Notes: generated by a model not told the origin, from the letters alone. 64,000 bases of DNA from Candidatus Poriferihabitaceae bacterium (GCA_965237485.1 CBDEFQ010000006.1:13407-77406), one strand, 5' to 3'; shown: positions 10,428 through 21,208, numbered from the stretch's first letter. Program-made: numbers and translations.

Positions 10428-11510
10428 TTATCTCACCTTCAATGTCGCTAAACCGATCAGAACCAAGATAAAGGTAATTATCCAAAACCGCACTATTACG
10501 CGCGGCTCTGGCCAACCTTTTAGCTCGAAGTGATGGTGAATAGGTGCCATTTTAAATACGCGGCGCCCCAACAATTTAAAGGAGGCCACTTGCACAATGA
10601 CAGATAAAGTCTCCACTACAAATAAGCCGCCCATGATAACGAGCACTAACTCTTGGCGAACTATAACGGCAACAATGCCAATGGCAGCACCTAAAGAAAG
10701 CGCGCCTATATCACCCATAAAAACCTGAGCAGGATAGGTGTTAAACCACAAGAAACCTAAACCCGCACCCACCAAGGCTGTACAGAAAATAAGCATTTCT
10801 CCGGTACCCGCAATATAGGGAACGTTCAGGTATTCAGAGTAAATCGTGTTGCCAGAAGCGTAGCTAAATACGCCCAAACCCCCTGCGACCATGACTACCG
10901 GCAAAATAGCCAAGCCGTCTAAACCATCCGTTAAATTCACGGCATTGCTAGTGCCGACAATCACAAACCAAGCCAAAGGAATAAACAGCCACCCCAGCGA
11001 AAAAACCACGTCCTTAAATAAGGGTACAATAAACTCTAGGTCTGCCGGACTGGTGGCGGTTGAATGTAAGAAATACGCCGCGCCAAAGGCCGCCAATGCC
11101 TGTGAAATAAATTTGGCTTTAGCGCCCATTCCTTTGGGATTCTTATCAATTAACTTACGGTAATCATCAAACCACCCGATAAATCCGAACACCACCGTAA
11201 CGAAAAGAGTAACCCAGATAAATCGGTTCGACAAATCACCCCACAATAAGGTTGAGAAAACAACTGAAAACAAAATGAGTAAACCACCCATTGTCGGCGT
11301 GCCTACCTTGGAGAAATGGCTTTTAGGGCCGTCATCGCGAACCGTTTGACCAATTTGGTACTGCGATAGTTTACGTATCATCAACGGACCAAAAATCAGC
11401 GATAAACTTAGCGCGGTTAACACGCTCATGATCGAACGAAAAGTGATGTATTGAAACACACCTAACACGCTGTATTGCGCAGATAATTGGTCGAATAACC
11501 ACGTTAGCAT
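10428..11510 (-). CDS. mraY: Phospho-N-acetylmuramoyl-pentapeptide transferase MraY
   Basis: 360-aa polytopic protein with [13 protein letters not shown] and HHHFE motifs. Confidence 0.95.
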   Translation of the reverse strand: MLTWLFDQLSAQYSVLGVFQYITFRSIMSVLTALSLSLIFGPLMIRKLSQYQIGQTVRDDGPKSHFSKVGTPTMGGLLILFSVVFSTLLWGDLSNRFIWVTLFVTVVFGFIGWFDDYRKLIDKNPKGMGAKAKFISQALAAFGAAYFLHSTATSPADLEFIVPLFKDVVFSLGWLFIPLAWFVIVGTSNAVNLTDGLDGLAILPVVMVAGGLGVFSYASGNTIYSEYLNVPYIAGTGEMLIFCTALVGAGLGFLWFNTYPAQVFMGDIGALSLGAAIGIVAVIVRQELVLVIMGGLFVVETLSVIVQVASFKLLGRRVFKMAPIHHHFELKGWPEPRVIVRFWIITFILVLIGLATLKVR

Positions 11511-12880
11511 GGCAATTTTTCCTTTACTAAAGCTTTAACAATACGCTCCATTTTTGCTGCCCTTGAGCCTTTCACTAATATAATCGCATCCCCTTTAACC
11601 TGAGATTCAAAATGCCCCGATAATGACTCTAGGTCTGTAAAAAGCTGCCCTTCAGCCCCAAAGCCAGCAATGTATTGCTCGGCCAGCGATCGGCTTTCAG
11701 CAAGGTCATTAAAGACCACCAGCTGATCAACGCCGGCGGCTTTCGCGGCCTCGCCCACAGCTCGATGTTGCTCGCTCGAATTTGTGCCCAGTTCGCCCAT
11801 ATGCCCAAGGACTAACACCTTTTGGGCGTTATAAGCGCACAACACTTGTATAGCGGCCATCATCGAAGCGGGGTTGGCGTTGTAGGTGTCGTCGATAAGT
11901 GTTTGCTCTGCTGTTGCGCTCTTTATTTGTAAGCGCCCGTCAACTGCATTAACATTTGCCACACTCGCAGCGGCGTCCTGTAAGTTTATCCCCGCACATA
12001 AGGCTGCACTCACAGCGGCCAGCACATTTAAATGATTATGCTCGCCAAGCAGTGAACACGGGATAGTTAACTCTTGGCCATCATATGCAAGCTTTAAGCT
12101 ATCAAGCTTGCTGGCAAGCAATTGCACATCGGCTGAAGCATTAACCCCGAAAGAAATGACCGTGCGTCCGTTCGCCAACCCATACCAATAGTTATAAAAA
12201 GGATCATCCATGTTCAAAACAACGCAGCCCTCGCTACGCACGGACCCAATTAATTCGCCTTTGGCGTGCGCCACACCCTCAACATCAATCAAACCTTCTA
12301 AATGCGCGGCCGCCGCATTGGTAATCACCCCAATAGTAGGGGAAGCAATGTCGCCTAAGTAGCTGAGTTCTCCGGGGTGATTCATCCCCATTTCGATCAC
12401 TGCTGAATGATCCACTTTACGCAACTTGAGCAAAGTCATGGGCACCCCCCAATGATTATTGAAGCTGCCCTCTGGCGCGATACCAGGCATTGAATTTGAA
12501 AATATCTCACTCAATATACGCGACACCGTAGTCTTGCCATTGCTGCCTGTTATACCCACTACGGGCACTTCAAATTCTCTTCGCCATACCTTTGCTAAAT
12601 CGCCCAAAGCTAAAGTGGTATCACTCACCACAATGGCATTGTTCGCAACTTGTTGGTGCTGACGCGCGCCTACTTTGTCCATTACCACGGCACTGGCGCC
12701 GTTTTCAATCGCCGAATCTATATATTGATGGCCATCTTGTGCGTGTCCGCGGATCGCAAAAAATAAATCCTTGCTTTTGACTTTACGTGAATCAAATTGC
12801 ACCGCATCAAAGCCAGTGCGCTCAAGACCCATGACTTCACCGTTCATGGCGAGCCCAGCATCGGCTAGGTTCATCATCAT
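11504..12880 (-). CDS. murF: UDP-MurNAc-tripeptide--D-Ala-D-Ala ligase MurF
   Basis: 458 aa with the [12 protein letters not shown]-loop. Cluster position supports the call. Confidence 0.9.
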   Translation of the reverse strand: MMMNLADAGLAMNGEVMGLERTGFDAVQFDSRKVKSKDLFFAIRGHAQDGHQYIDSAIENGASAVVMDKVGARQHQQVANNAIVVSDTTLALGDLAKVWRREFEVPVVGITGSNGKTTVSRILSEIFSNSMPGIAPEGSFNNHWGVPMTLLKLRKVDHSAVIEMGMNHPGELSYLGDIASPTIGVITNAAAAHLEGLIDVEGVAHAKGELIGSVRSEGCVVLNMDDPFYNYWYGLANGRTVISFGVNASADVQLLASKLDSLKLAYDGQELTIPCSLLGEHNHLNVLAAVSAALCAGINLQDAAASVANVNAVDGRLQIKSATAEQTLIDDTYNANPASMMAAIQVLCAYNAQKVLVLGHMGELGTNSSEQHRAVGEAAKAAGVDQLVVFNDLAESRSLAEQYIAGFGAEGQLFTDLESLSGHFESQVKGDAIILVKGSRAAKMERIVKALVKEKLPC

Positions 12881-14343
12881 GCGGCAATCCCTTCCCAGCC
12901 GTTCAAGGCGGATAATGCTATCTCCCTGTCGTTTATGCTAACTACTTTATCTGCATAAACTTGCTCGGTTTCATGACCTTTACCCGCTATCAAAACCCAA
13001 TCACGGTATGAAGATTGGCCTACCATGGTTCGAATCGCTGCACTTCTGTCATGCTGCACCGATACTGCTTGTGTCATGCCAGACAGAATATCGGCAACAA
13101 TAGCACTTGGCGCCTCACTTCGCGGGTTGTCGTCTGTCAACATCACTTTGTCTGCCACGCTCTGCGCAATTTCGCCCATCAGCGGACGCTTTACTTTATC
13201 TCGATCACCACCGCAGCCAAACACTACATTAAGTTGGCCTTGGCAATGAGCGCGCAGTGCCGTAAGGGCTTTTTCTAAGGCATCAGGTGTATGCGCATAA
13301 TCCACTACAACTGTCGGTTTGGTGCGATCGGAGTCAATTTTCTCTAGGCGGCCAGGCGGCGCTTTGCAGTCAAGTAGTGCTTTAGTAACGTCTTTCGTAG
13401 AATGGCCCATACAAACCAACGCACCAACTACTGCGCTAAGATTCATCGCATTAAATTCGCCTATTAGCGAAGAATTCACTGTGGTTTTGTGCTTGTTTTT
13501 TGTCAAGTCAAAGGCAAGACCCGCACTATTTAAGCGCAAATTACTCAACTGTAGATCCTTAGCATTTTTCCCATACCCAAAGGTTTTGTTAGTACAGCAG
13601 CCAAGTAAGCTTTGACCAAACTCGTCATCCGCGTTGACGACCGAAGCTGCTAAGCTATTAAATTCAAACAACCTTGCCTTTGCTGCAGCGTAAGCTTGCA
13701 TCGAGCCGTGATAATCAAGGTGGTCTTGGGTCAAATTAGTGAAAATGGCCACTTCAAACTCGACCGCATCTACGCGATGTTGATCTAAACCATGTGACGA
13801 CACCTCCATGCAAACCACCTCAAAGCCAGCATCAACTAACTCCCGCAGTTGTCGTTGAATACTGACTACATCGGACGTGGTTAAAGCAGATTGTTGCAAT
13901 GCATCCACCCCGCCGTAACCTATAGTACCGATTATCGCGGCCGACACTTCCAGCCGCTGTAAAGCTTGTGCCAACAAGTAACAAACCGAAGTTTTAGCGT
14001 TGGTACCGGTTACGCCGACCACCCGACAAGAGCGTGAAGGGTAATCATAAAACCGCGCTGCGAGCGCGCTCGCTTTTGCAGATAAATCTTCAATTAGAAC
14101 AACAGGCACAGTAAGGCCCGTGACGTTAAACCCCTTACTTTCGGCGATGATTGCGCAAGCACCCTTTTTAATCGCGGCTTCAATGTAGTCTCTGCCGTCT
14201 GACTGAGAGCCTAACACAGCCAAGAAACAGTGCCCTGGCTCAACGCTACGGCTATCTAAGGTAAGGGCATTAATTATGCAGTCGTGAGGCACATCAGCGT
14301 AAGCTTTTACTAAACTGCGCAAAGATAGTTTATGTTTAGCCAC
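12877..14343 (-). CDS. murE: UDP-MurNAc-L-Ala-D-Glu--2,6-diaminopimelate ligase MurE
   Basis: 488 aa with GVTGTNAKTS and the DNPR motif (LTDDNPRSE). Confidence 0.92.
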   Translation of the reverse strand: MAKHKLSLRSLVKAYADVPHDCIINALTLDSRSVEPGHCFLAVLGSQSDGRDYIEAAIKKGACAIIAESKGFNVTGLTVPVVLIEDLSAKASALAARFYDYPSRSCRVVGVTGTNAKTSVCYLLAQALQRLEVSAAIIGTIGYGGVDALQQSALTTSDVVSIQRQLRELVDAGFEVVCMEVSSHGLDQHRVDAVEFEVAIFTNLTQDHLDYHGSMQAYAAAKARLFEFNSLAASVVNADDEFGQSLLGCCTNKTFGYGKNAKDLQLSNLRLNSAGLAFDLTKNKHKTTVNSSLIGEFNAMNLSAVVGALVCMGHSTKDVTKALLDCKAPPGRLEKIDSDRTKPTVVVDYAHTPDALEKALTALRAHCQGQLNVVFGCGGDRDKVKRPLMGEIAQSVADKVMLTDDNPRSEAPSAIVADILSGMTQAVSVQHDRSAAIRTMVGQSSYRDWVLIAGKGHETEQVYADKVVSINDREIALSALNGWEGIAA

Positions 14344-16103
14344 TACGCGGCTTCCTTAATGGTTGGCGGTTTTTCATCTCTAGACTGCACCATATTAGAC
14401 GTTTCGCCTTGCATCAAATCCGGCTGATCTGGCGGTACATTGTATAAACGCAGTGCATCCGTCATTAGACGAGAAAAAACAGGAGCGGCAACTTGCCCAC
14501 CATAATGATACTTGCCGCGTGGGTCGTCCATCATCACCACCATCACAAATTGCGGGTTGGAAATCGGTGCCACTCCAACAAACCAAGAAACATAGCGTTC
14601 TTTGTCGTAGCGGTTTCCTAGCAGCTTATAGGTCGTACCGGTTTTGCCTCCGACACGGTATCTCGGCACAGCAGCACACCTTGCGGTGCCATCCACGCTG
14701 ACCACCTCCTCTAGCATGGGAAGCATCTTATCAATCGTTGTTTCGCTAAACACACGGGTCTGTTTTTGCGGCCCGCTATTCTTGTCTTTAATCAGCGTCA
14801 AGGTCAGCAAATTGCCTGCGTTTGCAAAAACGGTATACGCGCGTGCTAGCTGTAGTGCGGTTGCGTTTAGTCCATAACCATATGCCTGCGTAGCCCTATC
14901 TATTAGCTTGTCTCTTTTTGGGAAAACACCACTTACTTCAGCGGGCACAGCACCTACCTTCTGACCAAATCCAGCACGTGATAAGGTGGCGTGAAACAAA
15001 TTCGCATCAAATTCCAGCAATAATTTAGTGGCGCCAATATTGCTAGATTTCACCACAATATCGTGCAGACTCAATACGCCATTCTCGTGGGTATCGGTAA
15101 TTGTGCGACCACCAATTTTCAGGCTTCCTTTGCCGGTATCAATCGTAGAAGACGGCGTATATCGGCCGCTTTCCAGTGCCATCGCCACTGTAAATGGTTT
15201 GATGGTTGACCCTGGCTCTTGCACGTCTGTTACAGCGCGGTTACGAAACTTATCCGGCTTCATCGTACGTCGATCATTGGGGTTAAACTGCGGCGAATCG
15301 ACCATAGCCAGAATTTCACCACTAGGGATATGAATCACAATTGCATTGGCTGCTTGCGCATCGTGTTTACGCCGCTCTTCTTCTAAATATGCGCTGGCCA
15401 AATACTGCAGGCGACTGTCTAAGGTTAAAGTTAAGGCTTCGCCATTTTTAACGGCCTCGAGCTGCTCGACATATTCTACAAACCGGCCACGGCTATCGCG
15501 ATGCACGGTTTTCTTGCCCGCTTCACCGCTTAACTGCTTGTTGTACATTTTCTCAACGCCTTCCTGGCCCTGACCATCTCGGCCAGTAAAGCCAACCACA
15601 TGGCCTGATGCCGGGCCAGAGGGGTAAAAGCGCTTGTATTCTCGGCGCTTATTTAAACCAGGCGTGTCCAGCTCAATCGCGCGCTGCGCTTCAGATGGCG
15701 GAATTTGTAGCTTTACGAACATGAAATCGTTGCTAAAACCATCAGCCTCACGTTTTTTGCACAAGCCCTTGAGCTCTTTTAGGTCGAGATCAACAATGGC
15801 ATTAACTTGCGCCCATCTGGGTTGCGCCTTACAAAACACTTTAGGCTCTGCCCATAAGGTATCCACCGGTGTACTCACCGCCAGCAGATGATTATTACGA
15901 TCATAAATTGGCCCACGCAAAGGCTGGATATCCAAAGAGCGAACATGCCTAGCTTCCGCTCGAGAAATCAAACGTTCATGGCCTTGCGTGTTAATCAATA
16001 GCAACTTGGTTGCTAAAAAACAAAACCCGATAAACCCAAAGCTGAGCAACACATTTTTGCGCAGCAAGGTGCGATTAATTTGGTCTTGATCTTGGCACTT
16101 CAC
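14343..16103 (-). CDS. ftsI: Division-specific class B PBP FtsI (PBP3)
   Basis: 586 aa with an N-terminal TM anchor. Carries the transpeptidase motifs STIKP (SxxK), SSN (KSSNIG) and KTG (GKTGT). Confidence 0.92.
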   Translation of the reverse strand: MKCQDQDQINRTLLRKNVLLSFGFIGFCFLATKLLLINTQGHERLISRAEARHVRSLDIQPLRGPIYDRNNHLLAVSTPVDTLWAEPKVFCKAQPRWAQVNAIVDLDLKELKGLCKKREADGFSNDFMFVKLQIPPSEAQRAIELDTPGLNKRREYKRFYPSGPASGHVVGFTGRDGQGQEGVEKMYNKQLSGEAGKKTVHRDSRGRFVEYVEQLEAVKNGEALTLTLDSRLQYLASAYLEEERRKHDAQAANAIVIHIPSGEILAMVDSPQFNPNDRRTMKPDKFRNRAVTDVQEPGSTIKPFTVAMALESGRYTPSSTIDTGKGSLKIGGRTITDTHENGVLSLHDIVVKSSNIGATKLLLEFDANLFHATLSRAGFGQKVGAVPAEVSGVFPKRDKLIDRATQAYGYGLNATALQLARAYTVFANAGNLLTLTLIKDKNSGPQKQTRVFSETTIDKMLPMLEEVVSVDGTARCAAVPRYRVGGKTGTTYKLLGNRYDKERYVSWFVGVAPISNPQFVMVVMMDDPRGKYHYGGQVAAPVFSRLMTDALRLYNVPPDQPDLMQGETSNMVQSRDEKPPTIKEAA

Positions 16104-16387
16104 TGTTCCAGCCTCTTAGCCAATTCAATTGTTTGAATGCTTGGCCCTTGAGGCGGGTTTAAGCCTTGTGCTCCTCGTACCTCCTTCTCGACTTTGTGCT
16201 CTAGACGCCAAGTTGAGTATTCAGCCATTAACTGCCTCCACTCAATACTGAGATCATCTCGTTTAAGTTGTAATTTTTGCGATTGATAAAAGCTCACCCG
16301 GTTCATTTGGCGAATCACTACCACTGCCATTGCGGTTATTAGCAAAGCTGAAACAAGCATAATAGTCAACCATTTTGGCGCCATCAT
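16100..16387 (-). CDS. ftsL: Cell division protein FtsL
   Basis: 95-aa bitopic protein with a TM helix followed by a coiled-coil. It sits between rsmH and ftsI, with 4-nt overlaps on both sides. Confidence 0.75.
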   Translation of the reverse strand: MMAPKWLTIMLVSALLITAMAVVVIRQMNRVSFYQSQKLQLKRDDLSIEWRQLMAEYSTWRLEHKVEKEVRGAQGLNPPQGPSIQTIELAKRLEQ

Positions 16388-17322
16388 GCTCGCAACCTCT
16401 GAGCGGTGCGCATAATTGCACTACGAGAACGGCGATTTGCACGCACTTCTTTTTTAGAGGCGCGGACCGGCTTGCCGACCAATTTCAAACGTGGCTGAAT
16501 CAAATTTGCCTGAATGGGTAAATCAATCGGATAGGGGTCACCTTTAGCTTCATCACGAAAAAAATTCTTTACCATTCTGTCTTCAAGCGAATGAAAACTG
16601 ATGATTGTCAGGCGACCCTCAACATTTAGCGCTTCAAAAGCGACAGGCAGTACCGCCTCTAGTTCCTGTAGCTCTTTATTCACTGCAATTCGAATCGCTT
16701 GAAACGAGCGGGTTGCGGGGTGCTTGTCTTTTTCCTTAAAAGGCACGGCTGCATCTACAATGCGCGCCAGCTGCAAGGTTGATTCAATTGGATTTTCCAA
16801 TAATTCTGCCTTGATAGCGGTGGTAATACGTTTTGCGAAGCGCTCTTCACCATAGCGTTTTAATACCCGAATAAGCTCGTCTGCCTCCACTTCAACTAAC
16901 CACTGCGCAGCGGTAAGACCTTGGGTAGTATCCATGCGCATATCTAGCGGCCCATCCTTTTGAAAACTAAACCCGCGCTGCGCGACATCAAGCTGCGGAG
17001 AGGATACGCCGAGATCTAGAATGATGCCATCAATCTCACCGTATAATCCCAAGCGATCAAGCTCGGCCTTCATAGCAGAAAACGCCCCATGCACGATAAC
17101 CACCCGTTGATCATCTCCGAGCAATTTTTGCGCCTCGTCAATCGCTTCCGGGTCTTTATCAAAAACGATCAATTTACCTGAATCATCTAAAAAAGAAAGA
17201 ATCAGTAATCCATGTCCGCCACGCCCAAATGTGCCGTCAATATAAATGCCGTTGGGTTTTGGGGACAGTGCATCGACCGCCTCGTGGAGCAAAACGGTTT
17301 GATGTGCTGAAGGTGGCATCAC
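16384..17322 (-). CDS. rsmH: 16S rRNA (cytosine1402-N4)-methyltransferase RsmH
   Basis: 312 aa with [13 protein letters not shown]...DGTFGRGGH, typical of MraW/RsmH. Confidence 0.93.
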   Translation of the reverse strand: MMPPSAHQTVLLHEAVDALSPKPNGIYIDGTFGRGGHGLLILSFLDDSGKLIVFDKDPEAIDEAQKLLGDDQRVVIVHGAFSAMKAELDRLGLYGEIDGIILDLGVSSPQLDVAQRGFSFQKDGPLDMRMDTTQGLTAAQWLVEVEADELIRVLKRYGEERFAKRITTAIKAELLENPIESTLQLARIVDAAVPFKEKDKHPATRSFQAIRIAVNKELQELEAVLPVAFEALNVEGRLTIISFHSLEDRMVKNFFRDEAKGDPYPIDLPIQANLIQPRLKLVGKPVRASKKEVRANRRSRSAIMRTAQRLRA

Positions 17323-17777
17323 AACTGTAGAATCTCCAGTTCGGGTGATGTTTCACCCGGGTCAGGCGCATGGCCTATCCAAGCTTGCATCTTCTTCTCC
17401 CAATTGGCTTGGCTCCAAATCTCAAATTTTTGACCTTGGCCAACCAAGTAAACCCCCTTTTCGACTTGCGCAAACTCCCTAAGCGTCGGTGGCAATAACA
17501 CACGACCGGTTTTATCCAGCTGCACGTCAGTGGCATAGCCAATAAAAAAGCGCTTCAATTCTTGGTGCTGGGCTTTGAAACTGGGCAGCGCATTAACCTT
17601 GGCCTCGGCCAACTCCCATTCGTCTAAAGGATATAACACCAAACAGGGCTCATAGGTGTGGCTAACAGTGACAACCAGATTGCCTGCACTGCGTTGTGCA
17701 ATCGCTTCGCGCAAACGTGTAGGCAAGGCCACTCGACCTTTGCCATCAACTTTTATATAATTTGCACCGCGAAACAT
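17319..17777 (-). CDS. mraZ: Transcriptional regulator MraZ
   Basis: 152 aa with two SpoVT/AbrB-like repeats carrying DGKGRV and DKTGRV. It is the first gene of the dcw cluster. Confidence 0.93.
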   Translation of the reverse strand: MFRGANYIKVDGKGRVALPTRLREAIAQRSAGNLVVTVSHTYEPCLVLYPLDEWELAEAKVNALPSFKAQHQELKRFFIGYATDVQLDKTGRVLLPPTLREFAQVEKGVYLVGQGQKFEIWSQANWEKKMQAWIGHAPDPGETSPELEILQL

Positions 17778-17784
17778 GAATTAT

Positions 17785-17859
17785 TTACCCAGAAAACCCG
17801 TTTTATTGCACTTGTTACCACCAATGCTAAATAATAGGTCTCACTCTGAAATAAGTCAA
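17785..17859 (-). promoter_or_regulatory. Putative Pmra promoter with candidate MraZ operator repeats
   Basis: The minus strand reads TTGACT (17859-17854), a 17-nt spacer, then TATTAT (17836-17831). Downstream are four G-rich pentamers (GGTGG, GTGCA, CGGGT, TGGGT) at roughly 10-bp phasing before the mraZ ATG. Confidence 0.4.
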
Positions 17860-17971
17860 GGTTTTTCAATAAGATACGTGCGTATTAGCTGCGAATGCAG
17901 AGAAATCATAATGTCTTTTAAATCAATGGGCTAAAGAATTTAGTTAATTTAAAACAATAAGAAAATTAAGT

Positions 17972-18348
17972 AAAGTTGGTCGATAAGCCGGGTTCTGTCG
18001 TTGGACGATCATTCATCTAGGATATTTGTCGCCAAATATCTCATGCAACCTACCCGAAACCAACGCGGGTCGCGCCTAATCGGTTTGTCTCAATTAAGAC
18101 AAACCAAACTGGTTTCCTATTTGGTCTTGCTCCGAGTGGGGTTTACCCTGCCACACTTGTTACCAAGTGCGCGGTGCGCTCTTACCGCACCTTTTCACCC
18201 TTACCATCTAAAATGGCGGTTTGTTTTCTGTGGCACTGGCCGTCGGCTCACGCCGCCCAGACGTTATCTGGCACTCTACCCTTTGGAGCCCGGACTTTCC
18301 TCGATATGCTTACACAAGGTAAGATAGCGCGATCGTCTGACCAACTCT
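17972..18348 (-). ncRNA. rnpB: RNase P RNA, bacterial type A
   Basis: The reverse complement carries the universal blocks GAGGAAAGTCCGGGCTCC, GGTAAGGGTGAAAAGGTGCGGTAAGAGCGCACC and ACAGAACCCGGCTTAT. P1 pairing is AGTTGGTC/GACCAACT. It can be aligned block by block with E. coli M1 RNA. Confidence 0.9.
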
Positions 18349-18391
18349 AAGCCGACATTACGCCAAAACTAATCCTATTTCAACACTAAAC

Positions 18392-18601
18392 ATGTCCATT
18401 CAAACTGGAAAGTATCAGAACTACAAAGGCCAAAACTACGAGGTTATCAGCGTTGCAATACACAGCGAAACCGAGGAAGAATTAGTGGTTTACCATCCTT
18501 TGTATGGGCAGCGCGCGCTGTGGGTACAGCCACTTGAAATGTTTACTGAAAACGTTTTGATTGAGGGTGAAATGACACCTCGGTTTCGTTATGTAGAGTA
18601 G
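18392..18601 (+). CDS. DUF1653 domain protein
   Basis: 69 aa with YQNYKGQNYEVISVAIHSETEEELVVY...WVQPLEMF...PRF, which matches my memory of the DUF1653 pattern. Confidence 0.7.
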   Translation: MSIQTGKYQNYKGQNYEVISVAIHSETEEELVVYHPLYGQRALWVQPLEMFTENVLIEGEMTPRFRYVE

Positions 18602-18759
18602 TTTTTATAGAAATATCACCTAGCGTGATTCTAAGGTAGCCGTACATTATTCTCACCACCCAGAGCAACTTTTCTGGACAAACACATAATTAAGTATTAT
18701 GTCCCCCGAACTATCTATTGTTCTTTACTTCGTCTCATTGCCCTAACACCTCAATATAA

Positions 18760-18819
18760 AAACGTGACGATAGGCTTTTTTCGGTCAGACTGATAGGGTG
18801 TCGTTAACTCGGCGCTTAC
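18760..18819 (+). mobile_element. Solo right inverted repeat of an IS66-family element
   Basis: The reverse complement from 18819 reads GTAAGCGCCGAGTTAAC...AAAAGCCTATCGTCACG. It aligns over about 60 nt with the IS66 left end at 53680 (GTAAGCGCCAAGTAAAA...AAAACCTTATTGTCACG). Confidence 0.5.
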
Positions 18820-19154
18820 AGTCATTTATTAAGAAGCTGGAAAAGAAAGTAGGAAAGATCTTACGGTATAGACCCCGAGGCAGGCCCATGAAAGAAATCA
18901 AAGGGTAGCGTCCATTTTAATCCATGTGTTTCATTTCATTTAAACAATAGAAACCCCCGCCTACTGACAATTAGCATCCAATGCATTACCTGCACCATCA
19001 TCCACAAAAGTGCAAATTGCACTTGTATCATTTGCCCCATTCACCACCGTAGAGTGACTTATGTTCGGGGTGCTGAGGTAATTAGAAACCCCATAATCAA
19101 CGCCATTTAAATAGCTGTCACGTAAAACGGGGGAGGAGGGATTACGCAACATTG

Positions 19155-19568
19155 GGTATGGACTTTTTGTCTAGCAAGTTGACTCATTGTCGTTCCACAC
19201 GATATATCGATGATTAGCATTAGCCCATTCGTCGTCAATTTCAATCAGAATGGCACTGACTAATCGTAACCAAGCCTCTCGGTTAGGAAAGACTCTGACC
19301 AAGCGGGTTCGCCGCTTAAGTTCTTGTTGAACCGTCCGTTCAATGCGGTTGGAGGTTCGCATTTTCTTTTGGTGTCTATCTGGCAAGGCAAACACATTTA
19401 ACCCTTCAGGCACATTGTTTTCTAGCCACTGCGCCAAGTGAGCATGCTTTTCTTGGTACTGGCTCACAAGGACTTTTAGATTAATCTGAGCAGCTGCCAT
19501 ATTGGGTGCATTCCAAACACTACGCAGCTCACCACAGTCTTGTCCAACATGAAATGATACTGAGCGAA
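19155..19568 (-). mobile_element. IS256-family remnant: 3-prime part of the transposase plus the terminal IR
   Basis: The frame is open from 19568 to the stop at 19171. It encodes ...ELRSVWNAPNMAAAQ...LPDRHQKKMRTSNRIERTVQQELKRRTRLVRVFPNREAWLRLVSAILIEIDDEW, a Mutator/IS256 C-terminal signature. The terminal sequence GGTATGGACTTTT lies at 19155. Confidence 0.7.
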
Positions 19569-20908
19569 GGGACTGATTCTAATCGGAAATGATACCGAAC
19601 TAATCTAATTTCTGTTCATGATGGTGAATGAATACCATTATGAATGACCACCATATAGATACCCTTGATAAGGCACGCTTGTTGCTACAAGGCACTGATG
19701 AAATCGATCTGGCAATCGACGGTAAACGCAATCGCTATGATTTCATCAAACGCACCTTAATGCGTTTCAAATACAGCAAACTGGGTCGAGCCGATAAGGG
19801 TCTTGTGCTGCGTTATATCACACGCATCAGCGGTTACTCTTATGTGCAAGTGAAACGCCTGGCTGCCAGCTATCTCAAGCACGGTAGAATCCAGTGGCGA
19901 CATCGTGCCACAAGGGGCTTTGCTAGACGCTATAGCAATCAAGACATTAAGCTTCTAGCAGATATGGATGAACTCCACGGTACGTTATCAGGCCATGCCA
20001 CTAAGAAACTCTGTGAGCGCGCCTTATTGTCTATGAGCAAACTGAGTATGCCAACCTGGCACGTATCTCGGTTTCTCATCTATACAATCTACGCCGATCT
20101 AAACCCTACCAGAACAATCGCCGTCACTTTGAAAGACACATTCTAAGCCTTCTTCTATCGGCCAAAGACGTAAGCCACAGCCAGAAGGTCAACCTGGCTA
20201 TAGCCGTGTAGATACAGTGCATCAGGGCGATAAGGACAAGGTTAAAGGGGTCTATCATATCAACGCCGTTGATGAGATCACCCCGTTTGAAGTCGTGTCT
20301 TCTACACAGAAAATATCAGAGCCATTCTTGATGCCTATTCTCACTCAAATGCTAGAGCAATTCCCCTTTGTGATTAAAGGCTTTCATGCCGATAATGGCA
20401 GTGAATACATTAACCAATCGGTGGTGCGATTGTTGAATAAGCTATTAATCGAGTTGACCCAATCCAGGGCTAGACACCGTAACGACCATGCCTTAGTTGA
20501 GTGCAACAATGGGGCCATCGTGCGCAAGCATCTTGGCTTCATGCATATCCCGCAAAAATATGCGCCTGAGATTAATCAATTTGCCACCGACTTTCTTAAC
20601 CCTTATTTGAATTATCACCGACCTTGTTTCTTCCCACAGATCAGCACTAACAACAAAGGAAAACAAGTCAAAACCTATCCATATCGAAACATGATGACGC
20701 CTTATGAAAAACTCAAATCGTTGACCAATGCACAGTCATATCTTAAAACTCACATCTCGTTTACAATGCTTGACGATATCGTTTATCAGATGACTGATAA
20801 TGAGGCAGCAAAACAACTCAATGAGGAAAAAACTAAACTCTTTAAAAACATCTTTGAACAGAAATGACAATCAACTTCTCGGTATCATTCCTGTATTGGA
20901 ATAGACTC
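19569..20908 (+). mobile_element. Integrase-core (rve) IS, probably ISNCY/IS1202-like; ends accurate to about 5 bp
   Basis: Imperfect terminal IRs: GGGACTGATTCTAATCGGAAATGATACCGA at the left and TCGGTATCATTCCTGTATTGGAATAGACTC at the right. It truncates the IS256 remnant. Confidence 0.5.
19628..20867 (+). pseudogene. DDE integrase-type transposase, split by a frameshift near 20130-20146
   Basis: ORFs 19628-20146 and 20217-20867 belong together. The second frame is already open from about 20135 (..HSKPSSIGQRRKPQPEGQPGYSRVDTVHQGDKDKVKGVYHINAVDE..). The switch must occur inside AAAGACACATTC. Confidence 0.6.
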
Positions 20909-20912
20909 ATTT

Positions 20913-21028
20913 GGTATGGACTTTTTGTCTAGCAAGTTGACTCATTGTCGTTCCACACGATATATCGATGATTAGCATTAGCCCATTCGTCGTCAATTTC
21001 AATCAGAATGGCACTGACTAATCGTAAC
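20913..21028 (-). repeat. Second copy of the terminal 116 bp of the IS256-family remnant
   Basis: 20913-21028 matches 19155-19270 base for base as far as I can read. The two diverge after ...CTAATCGTAAC. Confidence 0.85.
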
Positions 21029-21056
21029 TACTTTAAAGGGGTCTGACCCCTTTTCT
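21029..21056. repeat. 28-nt palindromic junction repeat, copy 1
   Basis: TACTTTAAAGGGGTCTGACCCCTTTTCT, with an AAAGGGG/CCCCTTT stem. It is identical to 21209-21236. Confidence 0.85.
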
Positions 21057-21208
21057 TATGATTGCTGTATTTTGTAAAGTATACTGCTACTGTTTTCTGT
21101 GCACTGTTTAGTGTCTCAGCTGTAAGTTTCCCAGCGCATAAATCTCTTCCATTTTTAGCTGACTCATGCCCGAGTGCAGCAGCTACGCTTGCCCATACAT
21201 AACAGTTT
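21057..21208 (-). pseudogene. C-terminal fragment of a Sel1-repeat protein
   Basis: The minus strand translates ..NCYVWASVAAALGHESAKNGRDLCAGKLTAETLNSAQKTVAVYF... The same CYVWASVA motif ends the truncated Sel1 gene at 59915. Confidence 0.55.

Noticed and set aside
1320-16000. Many 60-150-aa ORFs antisense to dcw genes, for example 1961-2368, 2495-2914, 6266-6634, 7518-7898, 9238-9699 and 15028-15333.
   Set aside because: Each is embedded in a well-supported conserved gene on the other strand and has no recognisable motifs. They are typical shadow ORFs.
18001-18327. A 108-aa plus-strand ORF.
   Set aside because: It lies entirely inside the RNase P RNA gene on the opposite strand, and its sequence is fully explained by conserved rnpB blocks.
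18602-18760. I looked for the C-terminus of an IS66 TnpC upstream of the orphan IS66 right end.
   Set aside because: All three plus-strand frames contain multiple stops, and none resembles the TnpC C-terminus I remember. Only the terminal repeat itself is supported.
18961-19152. A 63-aa minus-strand ORF ending in ...DANCQ, directly abutting the IS256-type terminus.
   Set aside because: It has no recognisable motif. Its ATG is 3 bp from an IS end, so at best it is the tail of a truncated gene. There is not enough evidence to call a CDS.
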